A DNA stretch of 64,000 nucleotides from an uncultured Candidatus Rokubacteria bacterium (GTDB taxonomy: Bacteria; Methylomirabilota; Methylomirabilia; Rokubacteriales; DASRDR01): NCBI GenBank assembly GCA_963826115.1, contig CAWGVS010000012.1, positions 448,001 through 512,000 on the forward strand. The letters run 5' to 3'. This document shows positions 56,405 to 64,000 of the stretch, piece by piece. Position 1 is the first letter of the stretch. Each line of letters opens with the position of its first letter. The position numbers and the translations under genes were made by a program. Under the pieces are notes generated by a model. It was not told the DNA's origin, searched no databases, and worked only from the letters and a program-made list of their open reading frames with translations.

Positions 56405-57436
56405 TCAGTCGACGCCGAGCTCGGCGGCGATCTCCTCGATCTGGCGCCACGTCTCGGCCTCGACGGGGATGCCGCGCGCCCGCCGCTCGGCCTCCGAGCG
56501 GGCCTCGGGCTCGCCGGGGACCTGCACCGCGACCGTGCCCGGCGCCGGTGCGGCGGACTTCACGTATCGGACGAGATCGGTCACCTGGCCGGTGAAGTCG
56601 ATGAGCGGGAGAAACCGCGCCACGTCGATCACGAGCAGGAAGGTCCCGTTGTGCACGGGGCCGGTGCGGTCGCCGATCGCGCCCTCGCCGGAGAGGATCC
56701 CGCCCAACACCTCGACGACCAGCCCGAGCGCCGTCCCCTTGTGAGCGCCGACCGGAAGGAGGCCCGCCCGGGGCGGGCCGTAGAAGACCTCGGGGTCCGT
56801 GACGGGCCGGCCGGCCGGATCGATCGCCCAGCCGTCGGGCAGGCGCTCCTTGCGGTTCCGCTTCACCCGCACCTTCCCCTCGGCGACGACGCTGGTCGCC
56901 ATGTCGACCGAGAGGGCCACGCCGCCGTCCGGTCCCGGGACCGCGATCGCGAGCGGGTTCGTCGAGAGCCGGCGCTCCAGGCCCCCGTGGGGCACGACCG
57001 AGTGCGCGGTCGGGGCGTTGGCCCACACGAGCCCGACGAAGCCCCGCGTGGCCGCCAGCTCGGCGTAGTCGGCCAGCCGCCCGATGTGGTTCGACCGCCG
57101 CACGCCCACGGCCGCGAGGCCCAGGCGCCCGGCCTTGTCGAGGGCCACCTCGGCCGCGCGGCGCGCGACGACCTGGCCGAGGCCGAGGTCGCCGTCGACG
57201 ATCGCCGTCGTGGGCGTGTCCTGGAGGACCCGCATCGCCGGACGCGGATTCGTCTCCCCCTTCCGGATCGAGCCGACGTACTGCGGGATCCGGATCACGC
57301 CGTGGGAGTCATGCCCCCGGAGGTTGGCGCGCACCAGGAGCTGACCGACCCAGTGGGCGTCGCCGTCGGGCACGCCGAGGGCGGCGAAGATGCGGGTGGC
57401 GAGGGTTTCCAGTCGATCGGCAGCGAGGGTCTCCAC
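56405..57436 (-). CDS. Ldh_2 (malate/L-lactate/sulfolactate dehydrogenase-like) oxidoreductase
   Basis: RGHDSHG, NHIGRL, TNPLA, DMATS..AEGK, HKG, PGEPE. Confidence 0.93.
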   Translation of the reverse strand: METLAADRLETLATRIFAALGVPDGDAHWVGQLLVRANLRGHDSHGVIRIPQYVGSIRKGETNPRPAMRVLQDTPTTAIVDGDLGLGQVVARRAAEVALDKAGRLGLAAVGVRRSNHIGRLADYAELAATRGFVGLVWANAPTAHSVVPHGGLERRLSTNPLAIAVPGPDGGVALSVDMATSVVAEGKVRVKRNRKERLPDGWAIDPAGRPVTDPEVFYGPPRAGLLPVGAHKGTALGLVVEVLGGILSGEGAIGDRTGPVHNGTFLLVIDVARFLPLIDFTGQVTDLVRYVKSAAPAPGTVAVQVPGEPEARSEAERRARGIPVEAETWRQIEEIAAELGVD

Positions 57437-57545
57437 GTCAGGCCTCCCGGGCGGCGCACGGTGGAGGCGCCCCCTGTGAAATGGCCGTCAGGATACCACG
57501 CTCGCGGATGGCGGCCCGCCGCGCGCCGGGCGCGCGAGTCCCGGC

Positions 57546-57574
57546 TTGACCGCGCTCGCGCCCCGCCCTATCGT
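57546..57574 (+). promoter_or_regulatory. Sigma70 promoter, leaderless transcript
   Basis: TTGACC-N17-TATCGT, 7 nt before ATG 57582. Confidence 0.72.
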
Positions 57575-57581
57575 GCGGGCC

Positions 57582-57926
57582 ATGGCGCTCCAGGACTTCC
57601 TGCGGCTCTTCTGGTTCCGCGGGCCCGAGCGGGGCGCCGTGGCGCCGGTCCCTCGCTGGCGCGCCCCCACCCGGATCCACATCGGGATGCGGGTGCTGCT
57701 CCGGATGCCCATCGCGAGCCCGCACACGACGTGGATCCCCGCGGGCGCCGCCGGCGTCGTCGTGGGCGGCAACTCGAAGGCGCGCCAGGTGTCCATCGAG
57801 CTCGACAGCCCCCGCACCGTCATCACGGTCCCGTGGAACTGGGTGGAGGAGGAGCCCGCGCCGGCCCCCGTTGCCGGTCCGGACGAGGCGCCGGGGCCGC
57901 CGGGAGCGCCGACCGGCGTCGCCTGA
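57582..57926 (+). CDS. Small hypothetical protein, possible SH3/KOW-like barrel
   Basis: IGMRV...PAGAAGVVVG...VSIELD...ITVPWNWVE; own promoter. Confidence 0.7.
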   Translation: MALQDFLRLFWFRGPERGAVAPVPRWRAPTRIHIGMRVLLRMPIASPHTTWIPAGAAGVVVGGNSKARQVSIELDSPRTVITVPWNWVEEEPAPAPVAGPDEAPGPPGAPTGVA

Positions 57927-58003
57927 TCCCCGGGTCCCGCCCTCCGAGCGCCCCGGCGCACCCCGCCGCCGACGGCCTCCGGCAGGTGATGTAGCATGGG
58001 GAC

Positions 58004-58360
58004 ATGCGCCGGCTCGTCCCGGTCCTCGCCCTCGCCGCCCTCGCCCTCGCCGCCTGCTCGAAGGGCGGTGTCCCGCCCGAGAAGGTGCAGGCCTGGATGG
58101 GCCGGCCCGCCGCCGACCTCATCCGCGAGTGGGGCAGCCCGACCAAGGAGGTCGAGGACGCGGGGCAGCGCGTGCTGATCTACGAAGAGGTCGAGCAAAC
58201 CGGGAGCGCCGAGTTCTCGCGCACGGTCTCGAAGCGCTATGACGACTCGCCGGCCGCGGCCGCCGCCGCCGCCATCGGCTACAACGCCTATGCCCGGTCG
58301 TACCTCTTCTGGGTCGACGCCTCCGGCAAGATCAGCCGCACGCAGATTCACCAGCCCTGA
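58004..58360 (+). CDS. Hypothetical lipoprotein
   Basis: Lipobox LAAC; W.G....LIREWG.P; TAGCAT 6 nt before ATG. Confidence 0.8.
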   Translation: MRRLVPVLALAALALAACSKGGVPPEKVQAWMGRPAADLIREWGSPTKEVEDAGQRVLIYEEVEQTGSAEFSRTVSKRYDDSPAAAAAAAIGYNAYARSYLFWVDASGKISRTQIHQP

Positions 58361-58390
58361 CCGCGGCCCGCGCGCGACCGCGCCGCGCGC

Positions 58391-58419
58391 TTGGCGTCGC
58401 CCGGACCCCGGGCTATCGT
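58391..58419 (+). promoter_or_regulatory. Sigma70 promoter, leaderless or near-leaderless transcript
   Basis: TTGGCG-N17-TATCGT, 8 nt before ATG 58428. Confidence 0.6.
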
Positions 58420-58427
58420 AGCGAGGC

Positions 58428-60248
58428 ATGGCGCTCTGGCCCCGGCCCGCCGACGAAAGTCCCCCGCTCGCCGTCGACGAGATCTCCCGCGAGGTGCAGG
58501 CCTTCGGGCGGGGTCGCCTCCCCGACTGGGAGGCGGGGTACCTCGAGTACCACCGGCGCCGCTACCAGGACACCCTCCGCCTCCTCCCGCCGGGCGAGGG
58601 CCGCCGGCTCCTCGACGTCGGCTCGTTCCCGGGGCACCTGTCGGCGCTCGCCCAGGCGCGCGGCTGGGAGGTCGTCGGCCTGAACAACGCCATCGAGGGC
58701 GGCGGCGCCTGGGCCGACTTCCTCGAGCGGTGCGGCGAGCGCAAGATCACGATCCGCGGGTGCGAGGTCGAGCGCGAGCCCTTCCCCCTGCCGACGGCGT
58801 CGGTCGACGCGGTGCTCTTCTGCGAGCTCTTCGAGCACCTCCACCTGAACCCCTTTCACACCCTCAAGGAGATCTTCCGGGTGCTCCGCCCGGGCGGCCT
58901 CTTCGTCCTCACCACGCCGAACCTCCGGCGTGTCGAGACGCTCTCCCGGCTCTGGCACGGCTGGGGCACCCAGCCGCCCGTCAGCCGCGCGTTCCACGAG
59001 CTCCTGCCGTCGCTCCTCTACCACCGGCACAACCGCGAGTACACGGCGCCCGAGCTGGCCTACTACCTCGCGCTCCAGGGCAAGGACCTCTACGAGTTCC
59101 GCCTGGACCAGGTCTACTACTCCGACGCGCTCGATGCCCCGCACGAGATCCCCGCCGTCCTCGGTCAGCGCGTCGGGCCGCGCGAGCAGCGGCTCGCGGG
59201 CCGGCTGCGCCGCCTCTTCCCGCGCCTCCGGGGCCAGCTGATGGCGCGGGCCTGGCGGACGGACGCCCAGCTCGTGGAGTGGAGCGCCCTCCACGCCGTC
59301 GAGGGGTTCGGGGCCCAAGAGGAAGACGAGCGCGCGGCGCAGGGCTTCACGCGGCGGCTCACGTTCCCCTTCCGCCTGACCGGCGCGCGGGCGGGGTTCG
59401 AGGTGCCGCTGCCTCCGGGGGACGGGCCGGCGCTCGTGTCGCTGGTCGTGGCGAATCCGGACGGCGAGGCCCCGCCGCTCCGGACCGACTGGACGCTCGA
59501 CGGCGCGCCGGCGGCCTCGCTCGAGCTCGGCGTCAGCGCGCGCCCCGTCCGGATCCACCTGTTCGTGCCGGCCCCGGTCGCCGCGCGCGGCGCCGTCCGC
59601 GTCGACGTCGCCACGACGACGTGGCGCGATTCCTACCGCGGGCGCGAGGTCGGGCTCCACGTGGGCGCCCAGTGGGTGCTGGCCGAGCGCCTCGCCGGGC
59701 CGGCCGCGGTGGACCGGGCGATCGCCCGGGTTCAGGCGGAGCGCCGGGCCGAGGAATCGCTCGAGGGCTGGTGGGTCGCGGCGCAGAGCCTGTACCTCCC
59801 GCACCGGACGCTGCCCGCGACGCTCGAGCTCGGGCCCGGCGACGAGGACCAGCTCGGGCCCGGCTGGTTCGGGCGCGAGGACTGGGGAAAGCTCGGCGCG
59901 ATGCGCTGGACGGGCGGCCGGGCCGAGGCGTACCTCGGGCACGCCGGGGGCCCCCGGCGCGCCTGCGTCCGCGCCTACTCGGGCGAGCCCGGTCTCGGCC
60001 CGGTATCCGGGCGGCTCGTCGTGGAGCGGCTCGAGGGGGACGGACGCGCCACGCCCGCCGGAACGGCGCCGTTCGCCCTCGCACCCGACACCTGGGCCGA
60101 GCTCGGGGCGCCGTTCGAGGCGCCGGCAGGGCTCGTCCGGGTGACGATCCACGCCGAGCCCCTCCGCGTCCCGCGCGACCGCGTGCCCGGCTCGGGCGAC
60201 AGCCGCGGCCTCGGCCTCGCGGTCAGGCGGCTGTGGCTCGCCGGCTGA
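58428..60248 (+). CDS. Class I SAM-dependent methyltransferase with C-terminal beta-rich domains
   Basis: LLDVGSFPG, ELFEHL, RVLRPGG.FVLTTPN, H.REYT; C-terminal GW...E....RWT and DSR.LG. Confidence 0.85.
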   Translation: MALWPRPADESPPLAVDEISREVQAFGRGRLPDWEAGYLEYHRRRYQDTLRLLPPGEGRRLLDVGSFPGHLSALAQARGWEVVGLNNAIEGGGAWADFLERCGERKITIRGCEVEREPFPLPTASVDAVLFCELFEHLHLNPFHTLKEIFRVLRPGGLFVLTTPNLRRVETLSRLWHGWGTQPPVSRAFHELLPSLLYHRHNREYTAPELAYYLALQGKDLYEFRLDQVYYSDALDAPHEIPAVLGQRVGPREQRLAGRLRRLFPRLRGQLMARAWRTDAQLVEWSALHAVEGFGAQEEDERAAQGFTRRLTFPFRLTGARAGFEVPLPPGDGPALVSLVVANPDGEAPPLRTDWTLDGAPAASLELGVSARPVRIHLFVPAPVAARGAVRVDVATTTWRDSYRGREVGLHVGAQWVLAERLAGPAAVDRAIARVQAERRAEESLEGWWVAAQSLYLPHRTLPATLELGPGDEDQLGPGWFGREDWGKLGAMRWTGGRAEAYLGHAGGPRRACVRAYSGEPGLGPVSGRLVVERLEGDGRATPAGTAPFALAPDTWAELGAPFEAPAGLVRVTIHAEPLRVPRDRVPGSGDSRGLGLAVRRLWLAG

Positions 60249-60260
60249 GGACTGCGCCGG

Positions 60261-61280
60261 TCAGGGGCGGGGCGCGCCGACGGTCGCGTAGCGGTCGCGC
60301 GGGCGGACGGTGACCGTCTCGAGGGCACCCTCGCGCCACACCGTCAGCTCGAGGGGCTGGCCCATCGGCTGCGCCCAGAGCCGCCGGTAGAACGCCTGGA
60401 CGTCCGCGACCCGCTCCCCGTTCACCCGCACGATCACGTCGCCCGCGCGAAGCCCGGCCGCCTCGGCGGGCCCGGTCGGCGAGACGCCGGCCACGCCGAT
60501 CCCGCCGTCGACCCCGATCGCGCGGAGCCCGAGCCAGGGACGCGGCGGGCGGGCGGGGCGACCGGTCCGGACGAGCGCGTCGCGCGCCGGCGCCAGGAGG
60601 TCGATCGGGATGGCCAGGTGCCCGGCGGGGAGCCGGAGCGAGATCACGCCCACGAGCGCGCCGTCGGCGTCGACGAGCGCGGCGCCGCCGAAGGCGGGAT
60701 GGTGGGGCGCCACGAACACGGCGCGGTCGAGCGCGTATTCCCAGTAGGCGACGAACGGGCCCACGGCCGTCACGCGGACCATCGCCCCGATGGTGGGCCC
60801 GGCGCTGGCGACCCCGACGATCGCCGCGGGCTGTCCGGCCGCGAGCGACGCGGACTCGCCCAGCTGCGCGGCGGGATACGGCGCGCCGGCCGGATCCAGC
60901 CGGATCAGCGCGAGGCCACTCTCGAAGTCGTGCCCGACCACCTGCGCCGTCACGCGGCGGCCGTCCCCGAGCGCGACGTCGATCCGAGCGGCGTCGAGGA
61001 CGAGATAGCCGACGGTCACCGCGAGCCCGTCGGGGTCGATGATCGTGGCCGAGCCGCCTCGCTCCTCGCCGAGCGTGGCCGCCGAGGGGCGATCCGGCGG
61101 GACCAAGGTCTGGAGGCCGACGACGGCGTCGCGGACGCGCGTCACGGCCGAGGGCGTCGTCGCGGCGGCGCCGGGCTCGGGGCGCGGCGCCGCGCCCGGC
61201 GGGGCGGCCGCGCCCGCGGCGCTCGCGACGGCGAGGCCGCAGGCCATCCCGGCCAGCAGGGCGCCGAGGCGCGCGCGCAT
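60261..61280 (-). CDS. S1C (HtrA-like) protease homologue with PDZ, catalytic His and Ser apparently replaced
   Basis: GSATIIDPDG, TVGYLV, PAFGGAALVD..G.LVG, RPWLG, PAEAAGLRAGDVI. Confidence 0.85.
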   Translation of the reverse strand: MRARLGALLAGMACGLAVASAAGAAAPPGAAPRPEPGAAATTPSAVTRVRDAVVGLQTLVPPDRPSAATLGEERGGSATIIDPDGLAVTVGYLVLDAARIDVALGDGRRVTAQVVGHDFESGLALIRLDPAGAPYPAAQLGESASLAAGQPAAIVGVASAGPTIGAMVRVTAVGPFVAYWEYALDRAVFVAPHHPAFGGAALVDADGALVGVISLRLPAGHLAIPIDLLAPARDALVRTGRPARPPRPWLGLRAIGVDGGIGVAGVSPTGPAEAAGLRAGDVIVRVNGERVADVQAFYRRLWAQPMGQPLELTVWREGALETVTVRPRDRYATVGAPRP

Positions 61281-61900
61281 CACCGTGCCGCCGCGCGCGG
61301 CGCCGCGTCGGCCGAGGGCCGCGCGCCGATGCGAATCGCGTAGATCAGGGGCAGGCTCAGCACGGTCACCCCCATCTTCACGACGTACTGGCCGAGCGCG
61401 AGCGGCAGGACGGGGAGCACGCCCGCGAAGGCCAGCGTCACGAACACGCCCGAGTCTACCGCGGTCGAGACCGCGTTGGACACCAGCACCCGCGCCCACC
61501 GGTAGCCGCCGATCCGCTCCCGCCACCACGCGAAGACCTCGGCGTCGACCAGCGAGGCCACGAGGTACGCGACGAGGCTCGCCCCGACGATCCGCGGCGT
61601 CGCGCCGAGCACGCGGGCGACCGCCGCCTGGCCGTCGAAGAACTCGGGGGCCGGCCACCAGACCGTGAGCTGCGCGTAGAGCGCCAAGAGGAGATTCGCC
61701 ACGAAGGCGGTCCCGATCACCTGGCGCACGCCGCGCTTGCCGAGCCGCTCGTGGATGAGGTCGAGCAGCGTGAAGGTGAGCGCGTAGATGAACACCCCCG
61801 CGGGCACGATGACGCCGAGGCTCCCGAGCACGATCGGCTTGACGGCCGTCACGTTGGCGATCAGCTCGCACGCGATGTAGAGGCCGATCGCGAGCGTCAC
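61280..61900 (-). CDS. yhhQ: Queuosine precursor transporter (YhhQ/VUT family)
   Basis: AN..AVK, F...D.I.E..G, RIVGASLVAYL, R...SN.VS..VDS..F...AF. Confidence 0.88.
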   Translation of the reverse strand: MTLAIGLYIACELIANVTAVKPIVLGSLGVIVPAGVFIYALTFTLLDLIHERLGKRGVRQVIGTAFVANLLLALYAQLTVWWPAPEFFDGQAAVARVLGATPRIVGASLVAYLVASLVDAEVFAWWRERIGGYRWARVLVSNAVSTAVDSGVFVTLAFAGVLPVLPLALGQYVVKMGVTVLSLPLIYAIRIGARPSADAAPRAAAR

Positions 61901-61903
61901 GGC

Positions 61904-62350
61904 TCAGAGCCCCCGGAGCCACGCGGCGTGCGGGCCGCGGGCCTTGGGGCCGCCGGCGGGCCGCTCGGTCTCCGGCGGGGGCTCGCCCTCCAGCCGGGCG
62001 GCGAAGCGCTCGGCGTCGACGATCGCCGCCCCGCGGCGGCGCGCCCCCTGCTGCACCGCGCGGTCCGACGTCACGACCACTGCCTCGGGGTGCTCACCCA
62101 CCCAGCGGACGATGAAGGCGTCGGCGCGCTCGCCGGCGCGCGTGTACCACACCGTGACCGGCCCGTGGGCCTCGGAGCGGGCCTCGCGGGTGCCGCCCGC
62201 CCAGGCGTCGAAGACCAGCACGACGCGGCGCTGGCGCGTCCGCGCCCAGTCGACGAGGTCGCGCACGAGCGCGGCCCGGGTCGCCACCGCCGGGGTCTCG
62301 CCGCGCGCGTACAGGAGATTGTAACCGTCGACGACGACCGGGACGGGCAC
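61904..62350 (-). CDS. NYN/YacP-like ribonuclease domain protein
   Basis: VVDGYN, VLVFD, ADAFI, VVTSDR. Confidence 0.88.
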   Translation of the reverse strand: MPVPVVVDGYNLLYARGETPAVATRAALVRDLVDWARTRQRRVVLVFDAWAGGTREARSEAHGPVTVWYTRAGERADAFIVRWVGEHPEAVVVTSDRAVQQGARRRGAAIVDAERFAARLEGEPPPETERPAGGPKARGPHAAWLRGL

Positions 62351-62360
62351 CGACCGGGGC

Positions 62361-63998
62361 TCAGGGCGCGGGGCGTGGGGCGGCCACGGCCTCGCCGCGA
62401 CGGCCCGGCGCGGCCGTCTCCCCGTAGAGGCGCCGGTAGTGATGCCAGCTGGTGAATACCCGCTTCGCGAAGCCGCGCGTCTCGTCGAACGGGATCTGGT
62501 CCACGAACTCTTCCATGTCGGCCTGGGGGCGCTCGGCGATCCACCGCTGGACGCGGTGGGGGCCGGCGTTGTAGGCGGCCACGGCGAAGAGGGGGTCCCG
62601 GAAGCGCGTGACGAGCTGGGCGAGGTACCGGGAACCGAGGGTGATGTTCACCGGCGGGTCCCAGAGGGCGCCGATGTCGCCCAGCGGGCGCCCGAGCTCC
62701 TGCGCGACGGTGCGCGCGGTGTCGGGCATGAGCTGCATCAAGCCGACCGCGCCCACGCCGGAGCGCGCGCGCGGATCGTACGACGACTCCTCGCGGATCA
62801 CGGCCGCGACGACGTAGGGGTCGAGGCTCACCGCCCGCGCGGCCGTGCGGACGTGCTCCCCGTAGCCGAGAGGGTAGTAGAGCTGCCAGAGCCGCGCCGG
62901 GAGCCCCGGCGCGCCCGCCTCGACGGCGGGCCCGAGCGCCCGCCGGAGGTAGCGCAGGCTCCGGCCCGACTCGCCGAGCTCGGCGAACACGACGCCGAGT
63001 CCCCAGGCGCGCTCGCCATCCGCCACCGCGTCGCGGCCGAGCGCCTCGAGCTCCATGATGGCGAAGCCGTCGAAGCCGATCGAGGCGAGGGCCTGGGCCC
63101 GCTGGTAGCGCGCCTCGGGCCGGAGGAGGGCGACCGGGTCGGGCGCGAGCTTGACCGCCGCGGCCACCGGCGCAGGCGGCTTCTCACGCACGCGGCGCGC
63201 GGCGAGGATGCCGTAGTAGCCTTGGGGGCCTCGGCTCAGCACCTCCCGGTAGAGCGCGAGCGCCGCGGTCTTCTCGCCGAGCCGGTCGAGCGCGCGGCCC
63301 GCCCAGTAGAGGCCCGCCAGCCGCGCGCTCGGGACGTTCGTCGAGAGCCGGCGGAACGCGAGCGCCGCCTCCCGGAAGCGGCCGGCGCGGTACTCGAGCC
63401 AGGCCACCTCCCAGCGTGCCGCCGCGGCGGCCTGGCTCTCGGGGGCGCGGGTCAGGACGGCCTCGAACGCCTCGCGGGCGGCGTCGAACTGCCCGAGCTC
63501 CGAGCGGGCCCTGGCCACCTGGAGCGTCACGTCGGCGACGTTCGGCGCGTCCGGGTGCTCGGCCAAGAGGCGCTCGAAGACGGTCACCCCCCGGCCGGTC
63601 TGGCCGCTCCGCACGAGGAGCCGCCCGAGCTCGTAGAGGAGCGCGCCGTGCGACGGCGTGACCGGCTCCGCGAGCGCCGCGTCGAGCCGGGCGATGGCCT
63701 CGTCACTCCGGGCCAGGCGGCCCAGCATCGGCGCGAGCCGCGCGAGTGCGCGGTGGCGGACCGCCGGCTCCGGGCGCTCGCTCAGGAGGGCCTCGAGCAT
63801 TCGGGCCGAAGCGGTCTGCTCGCCCGCGTCGGCGAGCCGCTGGGCCTGGAGAAACAGCTCCTCGAGGGTGAGCGGCGGCACGGTGAGGCCCGCGCCGCGC
63901 GCCAGGTCCTCCATGCTCTCGCGGGCCGCCTCGCCCCACATCGAGGCGGGCGCCTCGATCCATCGGCGCCGGAGGTCGGCGATCGCCTCCGCGGTCTG
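62361..63998 (-). CDS. TPR-containing soluble lytic transglycosylase (5' end beyond window)
   Basis: TPR repeats; IREES, GAVGLMQLMP, AAYNAGP, IPFDETR; frame open to window edge. Confidence 0.93.
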   Translation of the reverse strand, partial: QTAEAIADLRRRWIEAPASMWGEAARESMEDLARGAGLTVPPLTLEELFLQAQRLADAGEQTASARMLEALLSERPEPAVRHRALARLAPMLGRLARSDEAIARLDAALAEPVTPSHGALLYELGRLLVRSGQTGRGVTVFERLLAEHPDAPNVADVTLQVARARSELGQFDAAREAFEAVLTRAPESQAAAAARWEVAWLEYRAGRFREAALAFRRLSTNVPSARLAGLYWAGRALDRLGEKTAALALYREVLSRGPQGYYGILAARRVREKPPAPVAAAVKLAPDPVALLRPEARYQRAQALASIGFDGFAIMELEALGRDAVADGERAWGLGVVFAELGESGRSLRYLRRALGPAVEAGAPGLPARLWQLYYPLGYGEHVRTAARAVSLDPYVVAAVIREESSYDPRARSGVGAVGLMQLMPDTARTVAQELGRPLGDIGALWDPPVNITLGSRYLAQLVTRFRDPLFAVAAYNAGPHRVQRWIAERPQADMEEFVDQIPFDETRGFAKRVFTSWHHYRRLYGETAAPGRRGEAVAAPRPAP

Positions 63999-64000
63999 GC

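Noticed and set aside
61900-61960. preQ1 riboswitch upstream of yhhQ
   Set aside because: Only 3 bp of intergenic space and no aptamer motif

Overview
Very GC-rich (visually >70%), gene-dense bacterial chromosomal segment. Pal, an outer-membrane porin and periplasmic binding proteins indicate a diderm; a Rokubacteria/Methylomirabilota-like soil lineage is plausible but only an inference. Main blocks: (1) a haem-c/HAMP sensor next to a class III nucleotide cyclase with non-canonical specificity residues; (2) a ~17 kb cluster with a family-5 ABC importer, a degenerate ABC exporter, a stand-alone cNMP-binding protein, four glycosyltransferases, a histidine phosphatase and a polysaccharide deacetylase; (3) malate synthase; (4) a PhnDCE-like ABC transporter plus an EEP phosphoesterase behind a clear TPP riboswitch, the top candidate for an undescribed system (probable phosphorylated thiamine/precursor uptake); (5) an imuA-imuB-dnaE2 cassette split by an opposite-strand SGNH gene, with a relic of a second dnaE2 5' end; (6) a DUF1059/ECF sigma/ZAS anti-sigma/MOSC operon; (7) sugar/acid catabolic enzymes; (8) an OmpR-type two-component module with two identical 20-bp boxes upstream of exported-protein genes; (9) Liv-type and Dpp-type ABC transporters; (10) apparently leaderless genes and an slt-NYN-yhhQ-pseudoprotease operon. 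No rRNA, tRNA, CRISPR array, transposase or integrase was recognised. All family calls come from motif recognition by eye, not database searches.
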